Shown: piece by piece, positions 25,029 through 32,294 of the stretch
Layout: every line of letters begins with the position of its first letter
Position numbering within the stretch: the stretch's first letter is position 1
Virus record (IMG/VR): IMGVR_UViG_3300049564_000023
Span: 1-35,747 of that record
Direction: 5' to 3' (one strand)
Origin: a virus
Taxonomy: Duplodnaviria; Caudoviricetes
Length of the DNA: 35,747 nucleotides
The notes under the pieces: model-generated
What the model saw: the letters and a program-made list of their open reading frames with translations, nothing else
What the model was told of the DNA's origin: nothing
Database searches by the model: none
Translations under genes and position numbers: made by a program

Positions 25029-25282
25029 GGCGTCTCCAGTCCGAGTAGGTGTTGGAGTTTGCGGTGGCGCGCGTCGATGAGGCGGATCGCCTCCGCTACC
25101 GCACCTTCGTCGCCCGGAGCCGTGGCCGCTGCGAGGGCAGCGGCGGTCGGCTCGAGCATCAGCACCAACCACTCGACATGGCCGGCGGCGCGCTCTGCGA
25201 TGTGGTCGCCTGGGTAGCGGCGGCGTAGCCGGCCGATGTCGGCTGCTAGTTCGTTGAGTCGTTGTGTTTGTGCCTCTGCCAC
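25025..25282 (-). CDS. Hypothetical protein
   Basis: AAGGA SD; helical sequence; coupled to the next gene. Confidence 0.65.
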   Translation of the reverse strand: MAEAQTQRLNELAADIGRLRRRYPGDHIAERAAGHVEWLVLMLEPTAAALAAATAPGDEGAVAEAIRLIDARHRKLQHLLGLETP

Positions 25283-25352
25283 TTGCCCGCGTCCTTGTCC
25301 TCGGAGTTCGCCGTGTCGCCGTCTGTCGGCCCTTACGGTTGGTCAACTCGGG

Positions 25353-25985
25353 CTACGGGGGCATGGCGTCAGCGAGCCCGGCCGACTCGTCGACGACGCA
25401 CCGGAACCGTGGCTCGGCGGCTTCGTCGATGCGGCCTACACCCGCCATCCAGCACGACTGAGGCGCATAGCTTGTGAGCTCCGTCCTCAGCAGTGGCCGC
25501 CCGTCCAGGCCTTTGCCGAACGTCCAGCGTTTGCTGAGGATCGTCGCGATCTCATCAAGATCACTCGGAATCCATAGGTACGCTTCGGCGCCTGCGCCGG
25601 CGAGTGCGTCGAGCCATTCCTTCTGGGCCGGGGTTGGCTTGCCCTTGTCGCGCTTCAGTTCGGCGAAGATGATGCGGTCGCGGACGAGGACGCGATCCGG
25701 GAATCCGGACTGGCTGCCCTTGCTGCGGAGGGTGTGGTAGCAGAGGCGCCAGCCGAGGATAGGTGCCAGGCCTTTCTTGCTTCCGAATAGGAGGGCGTCC
25801 CATTCGCGCTCGAGCATGTCGTCGAGGAGGGGAGACGCGGCAGCCCGATCCTCAGCGCGGGAGCGCGGCGCGGAGGCTGCTACCCCCGCGCCGCCGTCAC
25901 CAGGAGAAAGGACAGACTGGTGTTGCTCACCGCCCGGCGTAGCACCGCCGGAACCAACGATCTCAACCTGAACACGACGACTCAT
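25353..25985 (-). CDS. VRR-NUC domain nuclease
   Basis: GFPDRVLVR..IIFAELKRDKGKPTPAQKEWL; start position uncertain. Confidence 0.88.
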   Translation of the reverse strand: MSRRVQVEIVGSGGATPGGEQHQSVLSPGDGGAGVAASAPRSRAEDRAAASPLLDDMLEREWDALLFGSKKGLAPILGWRLCYHTLRSKGSQSGFPDRVLVRDRIIFAELKRDKGKPTPAQKEWLDALAGAGAEAYLWIPSDLDEIATILSKRWTFGKGLDGRPLLRTELTSYAPQSCWMAGVGRIDEAAEPRFRCVVDESAGLADAMPP

Positions 25986-26032
25986 AGCGGACTCCTCTCG
26001 GCAGTAGCGGCAGACTCGCCGTGCCCGGTCAC
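25982..26032 (-). CDS. 16-aa linker ORF MTGHGESAATAERSPL (minimal cassette)
   Basis: GGAG SD; GTGA and ATGA overlaps; contains TCT GCC GCT. Confidence 0.5.
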   Translation of the reverse strand: MTGHGESAATAERSPL

Positions 26033-26190
26033 GCGACCAAGCTCCTCAGCCACTCGCTCGCTCCGAACTTCTCCTCGAACTCGCGCACCCACTTCATCTG
26101 ACGACGACGGCGCAGCAGGCCAGGACGCTCGGTGAGGATCGTGCGGGCGTAAGCCTGCTCCTCCATCCCGTGACCCTGCGCGGCACTCAA
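26029..26190 (-). CDS. Hypothetical protein (53 aa)
   Basis: TTGA overlap; TTG AGT GCC GCG CAG start. Confidence 0.6.
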   Translation of the reverse strand: MSAAQGHGMEEQAYARTILTERPGLLRRRRQMKWVREFEEKFGASEWLRSLVA

Positions 26191-26414
26191 CTCGTGGCCA
26201 GCTTCCATGCCTTCTCCTTGATGTAGACGAGGGCGTTGGCCGACCACCGCTCGATGATCGCCTCGTTGATTTCGCGCCACTCGCCGGTCGGCCCGTAGGC
26301 CCGCAGCGCCATCGCGTAGTCCACGGCCACGTCGTCGCGAGTGCAGGTCGGGTCGGCGATAGCGGCGAGCACGTCCGTCCGCCAGAAGTCATCGCTGATC
26401 GCGGCAGAGGTCAT
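26187..26414 (-). CDS. Hypothetical protein (75 aa)
   Basis: ATGA overlap; ATG ACC TCT GCC GCG. Confidence 0.7.
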   Translation of the reverse strand: MTSAAISDDFWRTDVLAAIADPTCTRDDVAVDYAMALRAYGPTGEWREINEAIIERWSANALVYIKEKAWKLATS

Positions 26415-26578
26415 GCGACCACTTCCTTCCCACACTTCGGACACGGCTTCGGCTGGATGCCGAGCCGGTGAACGACCCGCCGACCCCGCCAGCCGCATGA
26501 CGCCCACTGAGAGCAAGCGACTCCCAGCACAATCGGCCCTGCCGAGCGCAAAGGCGTCGTAGCGGCAGAATCGCTCAC
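26411..26578 (-). CDS. Zinc-ribbon-like protein (55 aa)
   Basis: Not in the ORF track; C....SCGWRG...CPKCG; GTG AGC GAT TCT GCC GCT. Confidence 0.7.
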   Translation of the reverse strand: MSDSAATTPLRSAGPIVLGVACSQWASCGWRGRRVVHRLGIQPKPCPKCGKEVVA

Positions 26579-26889
26579 AGCCCCGCCCTGTCAGCGATCC
26601 AATCGACCGGCGCGAAGGCAGCCTCGGTTGCCCGGTCGAGCAAGTCCCCAGCTACCTCCATTCCCGATGCCATGCGATGACCAACGCTCGGACTGACGAC
26701 GCCCACCGGAAGGGACGCGGCCCACACAATCTCAAGCGGAAGCAGGACTAGAAAGACCACAGGAAGTACGAGCAGCACGCCGATCACCATGCAGGCCATC
26801 GACGCGAGCAGCGCCAGCAGCTTCACTGGCAACAGAAGCAGCGAGCGGGTGTTGTCCCACCGGGTCGCGGCAGAACGGCTGTCAGTCAT
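26575..26889 (-). CDS. Membrane protein
   Basis: Long hydrophobic stretch; GAGG SD; TCT GCC GCG at codons 6-8. Confidence 0.75.
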   Translation of the reverse strand: MTDSRSAATRWDNTRSLLLLPVKLLALLASMACMVIGVLLVLPVVFLVLLPLEIVWAASLPVGVVSPSVGHRMASGMEVAGDLLDRATEAAFAPVDWIADRAGL

Positions 26890-27277
26890 CCTCAGCCAGC
26901 TTTCTCAGCGTCTCTCCGTGCTCGCGGAGCACGCGATCAGCCACAACATCAAGCCACCCGTGCTCCTTCGCAAGCTCCTCGCCGCGCTCAATGTCAGCCG
27001 GTGCCACGTTCTGACCACCGTCGTAGAGTCCGTGCAGCTTGCGGCCAATGTCGAACGCCTCCCATGGCGGACGGCGAGTGCCGATGTAGCGAGCGCCGTT
27101 CGGCACCCACTCGCGGTACTGCATTGAGAGGTAGAACCGGCGCAGGAACCACGGCAGCGAGTCGATCAGCCAGTGCCACGGATCGCGGAAGCGATCGAGG
27201 CGCGGCCTCACGTCGGTCGTGTAGTCGAACCACGGCCGTCGCTGCGTCTGCGCGGCAGAGCGATCAGGCGAGCCCAC
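26882..27277 (-). CDS. Hypothetical protein (131 aa)
   Basis: GGAAGG upstream; TCT GCC GCG at codons 7-9. Confidence 0.7.
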   Translation of the reverse strand: MGSPDRSAAQTQRRPWFDYTTDVRPRLDRFRDPWHWLIDSLPWFLRRFYLSMQYREWVPNGARYIGTRRPPWEAFDIGRKLHGLYDGGQNVAPADIERGEELAKEHGWLDVVADRVLREHGETLRKLAEDD

Positions 27278-27437
27278 GGCGAGCCTTCCACGAGTCCGTG
27301 CCGCCCGCGTCCTTCACGGCGGCACAGAGCTTGACGTACTCCCTGGTGCCGATGAGGTAGCCGGTCGCCTCGCACTTGGCGAGCACGGCCTCGGCAGCCT
27401 TCAAGAGCTGACCCTGCGCGGCAGACGACCTATCCAC
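27264..27437 (-). CDS. Hypothetical protein (57 aa)
   Basis: Not in the ORF track; GGAG SD; GTG GAT AGG TCG TCT GCC GCG. Confidence 0.65.
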   Translation of the reverse strand: MDRSSAAQGQLLKAAEAVLAKCEATGYLIGTREYVKLCAAVKDAGGTDSWKARRGLA

Positions 27438-27579
27438 AACGCTTCTCCCATAGCTCGCAAGCCCACAGGAAGCCGAGCGTCCGCCAGTCGATCAGGAAGC
27501 GACGGAAGCCCTTGATCTCCGTGATGCTTCGTCCGCCAAAGAGCAGGCTAAGAACGAGATCCTGCGCGGCAGACTTCAT
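27430..27579 (-). CDS. Hypothetical protein (49 aa)
   Basis: Not in the ORF track; ATGA overlap; ATG AAG TCT GCC GCG. Confidence 0.65.
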   Translation of the reverse strand: MKSAAQDLVLSLLFGGRSITEIKGFRRFLIDWRTLGFLWACELWEKRCG

Positions 27580-27815
27580 ACGGCCTTCCTGTCGGTCGTC
27601 TCCGCCGGGTCGTAGTGGCGCAGCAGCCGCCGGTTCACGGCGAGGATGTGCGCGACCTCCTCAGCGTGATACGGCGCGAACGTCGTCGCGCTCGGCGTGT
27701 CCGCACCCTGTAGAAGTTCGGTCGAGCGCCTGAGTGCGTCGAGCAGTGGAGCGTGACGGCGGCGGAACCACCAACCGCGCACCCTCGCGGCACTCGACTC
27801 GTTGCACTCAGGCAT
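27576..27815 (-). CDS. Hypothetical protein (79 aa)
   Basis: ATG 27815 overlaps the upstream gene; AGT GCC GCG at codons 8-10. Confidence 0.65.
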   Translation of the reverse strand: MPECNESSAARVRGWWFRRRHAPLLDALRRSTELLQGADTPSATTFAPYHAEEVAHILAVNRRLLRHYDPAETTDRKAV

Positions 27816-27960
27816 CGCGCACCGTCCACGGGATATTCGCGCGGTCGAGGATTTCCACGAAGGCGTCGATTCCGTCCTCGCCCTCGATGGGCCAATGCCA
27901 CCGCTCGCCGTTGCTCGGGAGGGTGAAACTGACCACAACGCGCTTGGTCGCGGCAATCAC
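27808..27960 (-). CDS. Hypothetical protein (50 aa)
   Basis: Not in the ORF track; GTGA overlap; GTG ATT GCC GCG. Confidence 0.65.
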   Translation of the reverse strand: MIAATKRVVVSFTLPSNGERWHWPIEGEDGIDAFVEILDRANIPWTVRDA

Positions 27961-28289
27961 GCTGCCACCGCCTTCTCAACGAGCCGCCACAGCCGCTCGT
28001 TCTCGCGCTCCAACCATTCGATGTACTGCTCCTGCGACGCGCGCCCTGCAGCACGGGAGCCGTTCAGCGCGGCATGAGCGTCGTCCAGCCGGATCAGGAA
28101 CACGCCGCCCACCTTCTCCGCTGGGAGGCGTCCAGCCTTGATCCAGCGGCGCACCGTGCGCTCCGCGACGCCCAGAGCTTCACCGGTCTCGCGGGCGGAA
28201 TAGCGCGTTGCCACAGGCCGCTGCTCGTCGTCGCTCCACTCGAAGCCCGGCGGAAACTCAGTAGCGGCAGGCTGATCGTGGCCGCTCAT
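27957..28289 (-). CDS. Excisionase-like (MerR / HTH_17) DNA-binding protein with coiled-coil tail
   Basis: YSARETGEALGVAERTVRRWIKAGRLPAEKVGGVFLI; start ATG 28289 (ATGA overlap). Confidence 0.85.
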   Translation of the reverse strand: MSGHDQPAATEFPPGFEWSDDEQRPVATRYSARETGEALGVAERTVRRWIKAGRLPAEKVGGVFLIRLDDAHAALNGSRAAGRASQEQYIEWLERENERLWRLVEKAVAA

Positions 28290-28606
28290 TCGCACCGCCA
28301 CACGGGGAACGCCCCCGGCTCGTCCTTGCCGCACTCGACCCAATACATGCCGTCGTACATCACGGCTGCGGGGTCATCGGGCGCGTGCCGAGCGTGCCGC
28401 GAGTAGCACGACACCTCGATGTACGGGATGTCGGTGAACTTGGAGAAGTAGGTCATCGCCTGCGACCGCTTCGGGTAGTGCTCGCGGGCGAACCACGCCT
28501 GACCATCCTCGCTCCACGCACCCTCGCGCTCCATGAGCACGGGCTCGCTCGTCGCGGCAGACTGGTCGCGATTAATCGACCGTTGTCCGTCGTTACGAAT
28601 ACTCAC
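28286..28606 (-). CDS. Hypothetical protein (106 aa)
   Basis: GTGA overlap with recombinase 2; GGAG SD. Confidence 0.75.
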   Translation of the reverse strand: MSIRNDGQRSINRDQSAATSEPVLMEREGAWSEDGQAWFAREHYPKRSQAMTYFSKFTDIPYIEVSCYSRHARHAPDDPAAVMYDGMYWVECGKDEPGAFPVWRCE

Positions 28607-29493
28607 TTCTCCAATTCCTCCATCCGCCGGCGAATGTCGATCGCCTTGGTGTGGACGTAGACCCGCTGCGTCGTCCGGAAGTCCGCGTGCCTCAGCAGGA
28701 AGCCGACGTCATCCATTGCGAGGCCACGGCGGCGCCATTCAGTGGCGTAGGTGTGCCGCGTGACGTGCATGTTCTTGTACGGGATGCCCGCGGCCTCGAT
28801 CGAGCGCTTCCACCACATGTGCATCGAGGCGTCGACGAGCGCTCGATCGTGACAACGCCTTGGGTGGCCGCCTGGTCGGCAGTACCAGATGAAGTCGTCT
28901 TCGTTCAGCCCCTCGAGCAGGAAATACTCAGCGAGCCTGGTGACGAGCTTGTTCTCCATCGGCACCACGCCAGCCACGCCGCCCTTCGCGCCCTCGACGA
29001 CATGGAGCTCCGCGTGTTCGAGGTCGACGCGCTTGACGCGGAGGTTGCGGGCTTCGGCCTTGCGTAGTCCGGTGCCAAGGAGAAGCGCCATGAGCGTCCC
29101 GTCCGGTTCCGGTAGCGAGCAGAGGATCTTGCACTCGGCGTCCGTGAAGACCTCGACTGGCGGATGCTGCGCCTGCTTGACCGTCGGCACATGCACCATC
29201 GGGTTGAACGGGATCCGCTTGGTGCGATAGGCCCAGCTGAAGAGGTTGTGGAAGCAGGAGCGCCGGATCTGGCGGCTGGCCGGCTTCGCCTCGTCGATGA
29301 TCCCGATGATGTGCTCGTCGGTGAACTCCGGCAGCGTCAGCTCAGGCCAACGGGCGAGCAGCTTGTCGGAGGTGAGCCGGTAGCCCTTGATCGTGAGCGG
29401 ACTGAACGCGCTCAGGCGCAGCCACTCGAGCCACTCATCGCGCACTTCGAGAGCAGTCGGCTCGACCTGACGACGCCTCCAAAACGGCCTCAT
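28603..29493 (-). CDS. Tyrosine recombinase 2 (XerC/D-sized, no arm-binding domain)
   Basis: TGLRKAE, GAKGG, HVTRHTYAT, LRH, TTQRVY: full catalytic set. Confidence 0.95.
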   Translation of the reverse strand: MRPFWRRRQVEPTALEVRDEWLEWLRLSAFSPLTIKGYRLTSDKLLARWPELTLPEFTDEHIIGIIDEAKPASRQIRRSCFHNLFSWAYRTKRIPFNPMVHVPTVKQAQHPPVEVFTDAECKILCSLPEPDGTLMALLLGTGLRKAEARNLRVKRVDLEHAELHVVEGAKGGVAGVVPMENKLVTRLAEYFLLEGLNEDDFIWYCRPGGHPRRCHDRALVDASMHMWWKRSIEAAGIPYKNMHVTRHTYATEWRRRGLAMDDVGFLLRHADFRTTQRVYVHTKAIDIRRRMEELEK

Positions 29494-30803
29494 TCCGGCG
29501 GCCCTTCATAAAACCCCTGGACCGAAGGGAATCCAAGCCTGTTACCGTGCGACTTGGACGAGAACGAGGGTTCGAATCCCTCCTTCTCCGTTGGCGGGTT
29601 GGATTCCAACGATTTGGGAGAATCCAAGTGGCTGGTGGACGCCAAATGATCCACTCTTGAGGCGCTGTTGCTCTCGCGCTCCGGGCTAGCACCGGAGTCA
29701 GCAGCCACTCCCCAGTTGAGGCCGCGTACCGTCTCCATGCTCCTGCGCCTGTCCAACCGGCGGAGGTACACCATCGTCGTCTCCACCCGCGAGTGGCCCA
29801 TCAGCTGTTGCAGCGAGAAGAGGTGGTCTTCGCCTTTGGTCTCGAGGTAGAAGACCGCGAACGCGGCTCTTAGGGCGTGGACGGTGGTCTTTACTCCGGC
29901 GCGTTCTGCGACGCGGCGGATGAGGCGCCAGACGACGCGGTCGTCTCTGTCGCCTGGTCGCCGTTGGACGGCGTTGCCGGGAATCAGGTACGGGTCAGAA
30001 ACGGCCTGAGTTCTGCGAGGGCGGCGCTTGCCCGCTTCGCTGCCCATCCGATCTGCTGCATCTTTGCTGTGAGTGTCACCGTGTGCGCTTGTATCGCGCG
30101 GATCTGGCGAAGCTGCTGGTTGTCCATCGTAGCTCCCATCGTATTCGTTGTAGACGCCTGCGAAGATCGCGGCGTCCAACACATCAGCCAGCGGATCGGC
30201 GACGGGCTTGACGATGACCTTGCCGCCCTTCTCCCGGAATCTGAGGGTTCTGGCGAACGGGTCATAGTCGCTCCTCCTGATCGTCGCCAACGCATGACGC
30301 CGAGCCCCGCTATAGACAGCCAGGCTGACGGCGATCTTCTCCTGCCACCCCTCCGCCGCCAACAACATCAGCTTCACGTCCTCGCTCGAGACCGACACGA
30401 CGTTGTCGTTCTCGTAGGCGGGCGCGAGCTTCGGCCTACGAATCCGCTCAGCCGGATCCCTGGTGACGAGGTCTTCTTCGTGCAGCCACTTGAAGAAGCA
30501 GCGCACAATCGTGACCGCCTGCGCGATCGTCGCCGGCCTGTTCTCACCATGGCCCGTCTTGCGGTTCCGCTGGTACCCGTCAAGGAACACGCGCAGCATG
30601 GAGGCGGTGAGTTCTTCGACGTCGTGGTGCGGGTACGTGTCCGCGAGCTTGTGCAGGGTGCGCCTGTAGGAGGCGATGGTGCGTTGTGTGCGGCCTTGCC
30701 TCGCGAGCTCGCCGAGGTAGAGGTCCGCTGCCTGTGAGGTAGTCATGACGCGGACCCTGAAACTTGGCTCGTGCTCGGTCAAGGTTTCGGCGGCTACGGT
30801 CAT
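29490..30803 (-). CDS. Tyrosine recombinase 1 (probable integrase; attP-like core in its 3' end)
   Basis: SGARR, EKGG, HALRAAFA, MGHSRVETTMVY. Start taken as ATG 30803 because the upstream extension overlaps the Rpf-like gene. Confidence 0.93.
   Translation of the reverse strand: MTVAAETLTEHEPSFRVRVMTTSQAADLYLGELARQGRTQRTIASYRRTLHKLADTYPHHDVEELTASMLRVFLDGYQRNRKTGHGENRPATIAQAVTIVRCFFKWLHEEDLVTRDPAERIRRPKLAPAYENDNVVSVSSEDVKLMLLAAEGWQEKIAVSLAVYSGARRHALATIRRSDYDPFARTLRFREKGGKVIVKPVADPLADVLDAAIFAGVYNEYDGSYDGQPAASPDPRDTSAHGDTHSKDAADRMGSEAGKRRPRRTQAVSDPYLIPGNAVQRRPGDRDDRVVWRLIRRVAERAGVKTTVHALRAAFAVFYLETKGEDHLFSLQQLMGHSRVETTMVYLRRLDRRRSMETVRGLNWGVAADSGASPERESNSASRVDHLASTSHLDSPKSLESNPPTEKEGFEPSFSSKSHGNRLGFPSVQGFYEGPPE
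29565..29590 (+). other. attP-like core: 3' part of a tRNA (Ser-like)
   Basis: C-GAGGG-TTCGAAT-CCCTC-CTTCTCC-G is a T-arm, acceptor 3' strand and G discriminator, with no 5' half. Flanked by GAATCCAAG x2 and the palindrome GTTGGATTCCAAC (29598-29610). Confidence 0.85.
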
Positions 30804-30807
30804 GCGG

Positions 30808-31149
30808 TCACCCCACGCCGCAGACGCCAGCCGTTCCCCATTCGCGCCAGCTGCGACCGTCCCAGATGTAGGTGCGCCATGCGATGAAGGTCTGCTGTGC
30901 CGGTGTCGCCAGGTCGGCGCGTGTCGGCCAGCCGCGCAACGGGTGTGGGTGCGCGACATGGAACGCCCAGGTTCCGGGCAGGAATTGGTAGGCGCCGTAG
31001 TAGCCGTTGCCGGTGTTGGTGTGCCATTGGCCGCGCGATTCGTGGTAGCGGATGCAGGCGGCTTCGCGGACCCAGTAGGACGGGTAGCCGTGGTGATGGT
31101 GGTGCGGACTTGTTAGCGATATGACGAGTGCGAGCGTCCAACCTAGGAT
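30808..31149 (-). CDS. Resuscitation-promoting-factor (Rpf)-like transglycosylase; no ATG/GTG/TTG start (ATC proposed)
   Basis: Not in the ORF track: ILGWTLALVISLTSPHHHHHGYPSYWVREAACIRYHESRGQWHTNTGNGYYGAYQFLPGTW...RADLATPAQQ...W..W. Confidence 0.85.
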   Translation of the reverse strand: MLGWTLALVISLTSPHHHHHGYPSYWVREAACIRYHESRGQWHTNTGNGYYGAYQFLPGTWAFHVAHPHPLRGWPTRADLATPAQQTFIAWRTYIWDGRSWREWGTAGVCGVG

Positions 31150-31745
31150 GCCTCAGCCGCTCCGTCAGGGGACATGGCCTCGCCGTTTCGGCGGCGTGCT
31201 TGGTGTCCGCCGTTCGTCCGGCGGTAGTCAGGATTTGCAGCGCGGTAGCGCTGTTTCGCTCTTGTCTGGCAGGCGCGACATGACTGATGGATGCCGCCCT
31301 CGCGAATCTCGCGGTGTCGCATACCGCGCGTGAAGTTCTCGGGCGATTGCCACCGCTCGCCATTCGCGCAGTCCAAATGGATGCAACGAACAGCAGCCAG
31401 GTTGCCTAACTCGTCGAATCGCAGCCGCTCGCGCAGTGCGTCACTGCGGCAGCGCGCGCACAGCATTCGCCCGTCAGGGTTGTGCTTCTTCTTTCCTCCG
31501 ATGAGGCGCATTGCGGGACCGCCGCATTCCTCGCAGCTGCCCGTACGCCAGCGCTTGTTATACGCAAGCTCCCGTTCCTTCCACCCCGGAGAGATGACGC
31601 GATAGATTGCGTTCTTCGTCACGCCATATGCGGCTGCAAGGCTGGCGACGGATTCGCCCGCCGCATGGCGGCTGGCCGCTTCCTCGTGGTCGAACTTGCG
31701 CACATAGACGCGGTTCTTCTCGGCGCTGAAGGTAATGAGGCTCAT
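31143..31745 (-). CDS. HTH plus Cys-cluster (zinc-binding) protein
   Basis: AGESVASLAAAYGVTKNAIYRVI; CEECG, CARC, CRAC; start ATG 31745 (GAGG SD, ATGA overlap). Confidence 0.75.
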   Translation of the reverse strand: MSLITFSAEKNRVYVRKFDHEEAASRHAAGESVASLAAAYGVTKNAIYRVISPGWKERELAYNKRWRTGSCEECGGPAMRLIGGKKKHNPDGRMLCARCRSDALRERLRFDELGNLAAVRCIHLDCANGERWQSPENFTRGMRHREIREGGIHQSCRACQTRAKQRYRAANPDYRRTNGGHQARRRNGEAMSPDGAAEAS

Positions 31746-31942
31746 GCGTCCTCGAGCGTCTGGGCTGCGCTCGGCGTTCCGTCCAAAGCGGTGTCTGCGA
31801 TGTCCCACATCCGCATTCCGTATCCGTCCCCAACCGGAGTAGCCTGGATCCGTTTCAGCGCGTCGCGTAGCCGCTGACATTCGGCTTCCATCAGCCGGAT
31901 GCGTTCCTCATAGAACGCGGGACTCGTCGTCCGATTGCTCAT
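31742..31942 (-). CDS. Hypothetical coiled-coil protein
   Basis: GGAGG SD, ATGA overlaps. Confidence 0.7.
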   Translation of the reverse strand: MSNRTTSPAFYEERIRLMEAECQRLRDALKRIQATPVGDGYGMRMWDIADTALDGTPSAAQTLEDA

Positions 31943-32184
31943 GCGTCCTCCACGTCGAGCACGCCAGTTGAGTGCGCTCGTTCACGGTTCAGCCGCGCTG
32001 CTTCCAGCCGGTCAATCTCTCGGCGCAGCTGGGCTTCGAGGTCACGGTCTCGGCGATGCCATGAGATCGACCACCACCACAACGTCAGTCGAACGTGCGT
32101 ACCGAAGCCGCGCGAGACGACGAGAGAGAGCGCGCGGGTGTGCCAGTCGCGCTCACGCCGGGTGTGCCAGCGCTGGCTGCTCAT
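31939..32184 (-). CDS. Hypothetical protein
   Basis: ATGA overlaps at both ends. Confidence 0.6.
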   Translation of the reverse strand: MSSQRWHTRRERDWHTRALSLVVSRGFGTHVRLTLWWWSISWHRRDRDLEAQLRREIDRLEAARLNRERAHSTGVLDVEDA

Positions 32185-32294
32185 TCGTCCGCGTCCCTCG
32201 ACTGCCACTCGCACTCCTCGACGATGTCCGTGTAGACGAAGACGCAGAGAACGAGAAACGCTGAGAGGAGCACGATGGCGAGGGTGAGCGCCAT
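32181..32294 (-). CDS. Small single-TM protein (37 aa)
   Basis: Not in the ORF track; TGATG and ATGA overlaps; MALTLAIVLLSAFLVLCVFVY... Confidence 0.55.
   Translation of the reverse strand: MALTLAIVLLSAFLVLCVFVYTDIVEECEWQSRDADE

Larger units (their letters stand above)
25982..28606 (-). repeat. Array of 12 start-proximal in-frame NNTGCCGC(G/T) motifs, one per gene
   Basis: Plus-strand 8-mers GCGGCANN start at 28554, 28264, 27950, 27787, 27566, 27418, 27252, 26867, 26562, 26401, 26180 and 26007. Confidence 0.88.

Noticed and set aside
25982-28606. CRISPR array or classical integron attC sites
   Set aside because: The shared element is only 6-9 bp, spacing is gene-sized and irregular, there are no cas genes, and I see no GTTRRRY/RYYYAAC-bounded hairpins.
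29520-29600. Complete tRNA gene
   Set aside because: Only the T-arm and 3' acceptor strand are present; no matching 5' acceptor, D-arm or anticodon arm, so treated as an att core.
30804-31363. ORF 30800-31363 and the N-terminal extension of recombinase 1 to 30959
   Set aside because: Both are alternative frames over the Rpf-like gene, which has the clear family signature.
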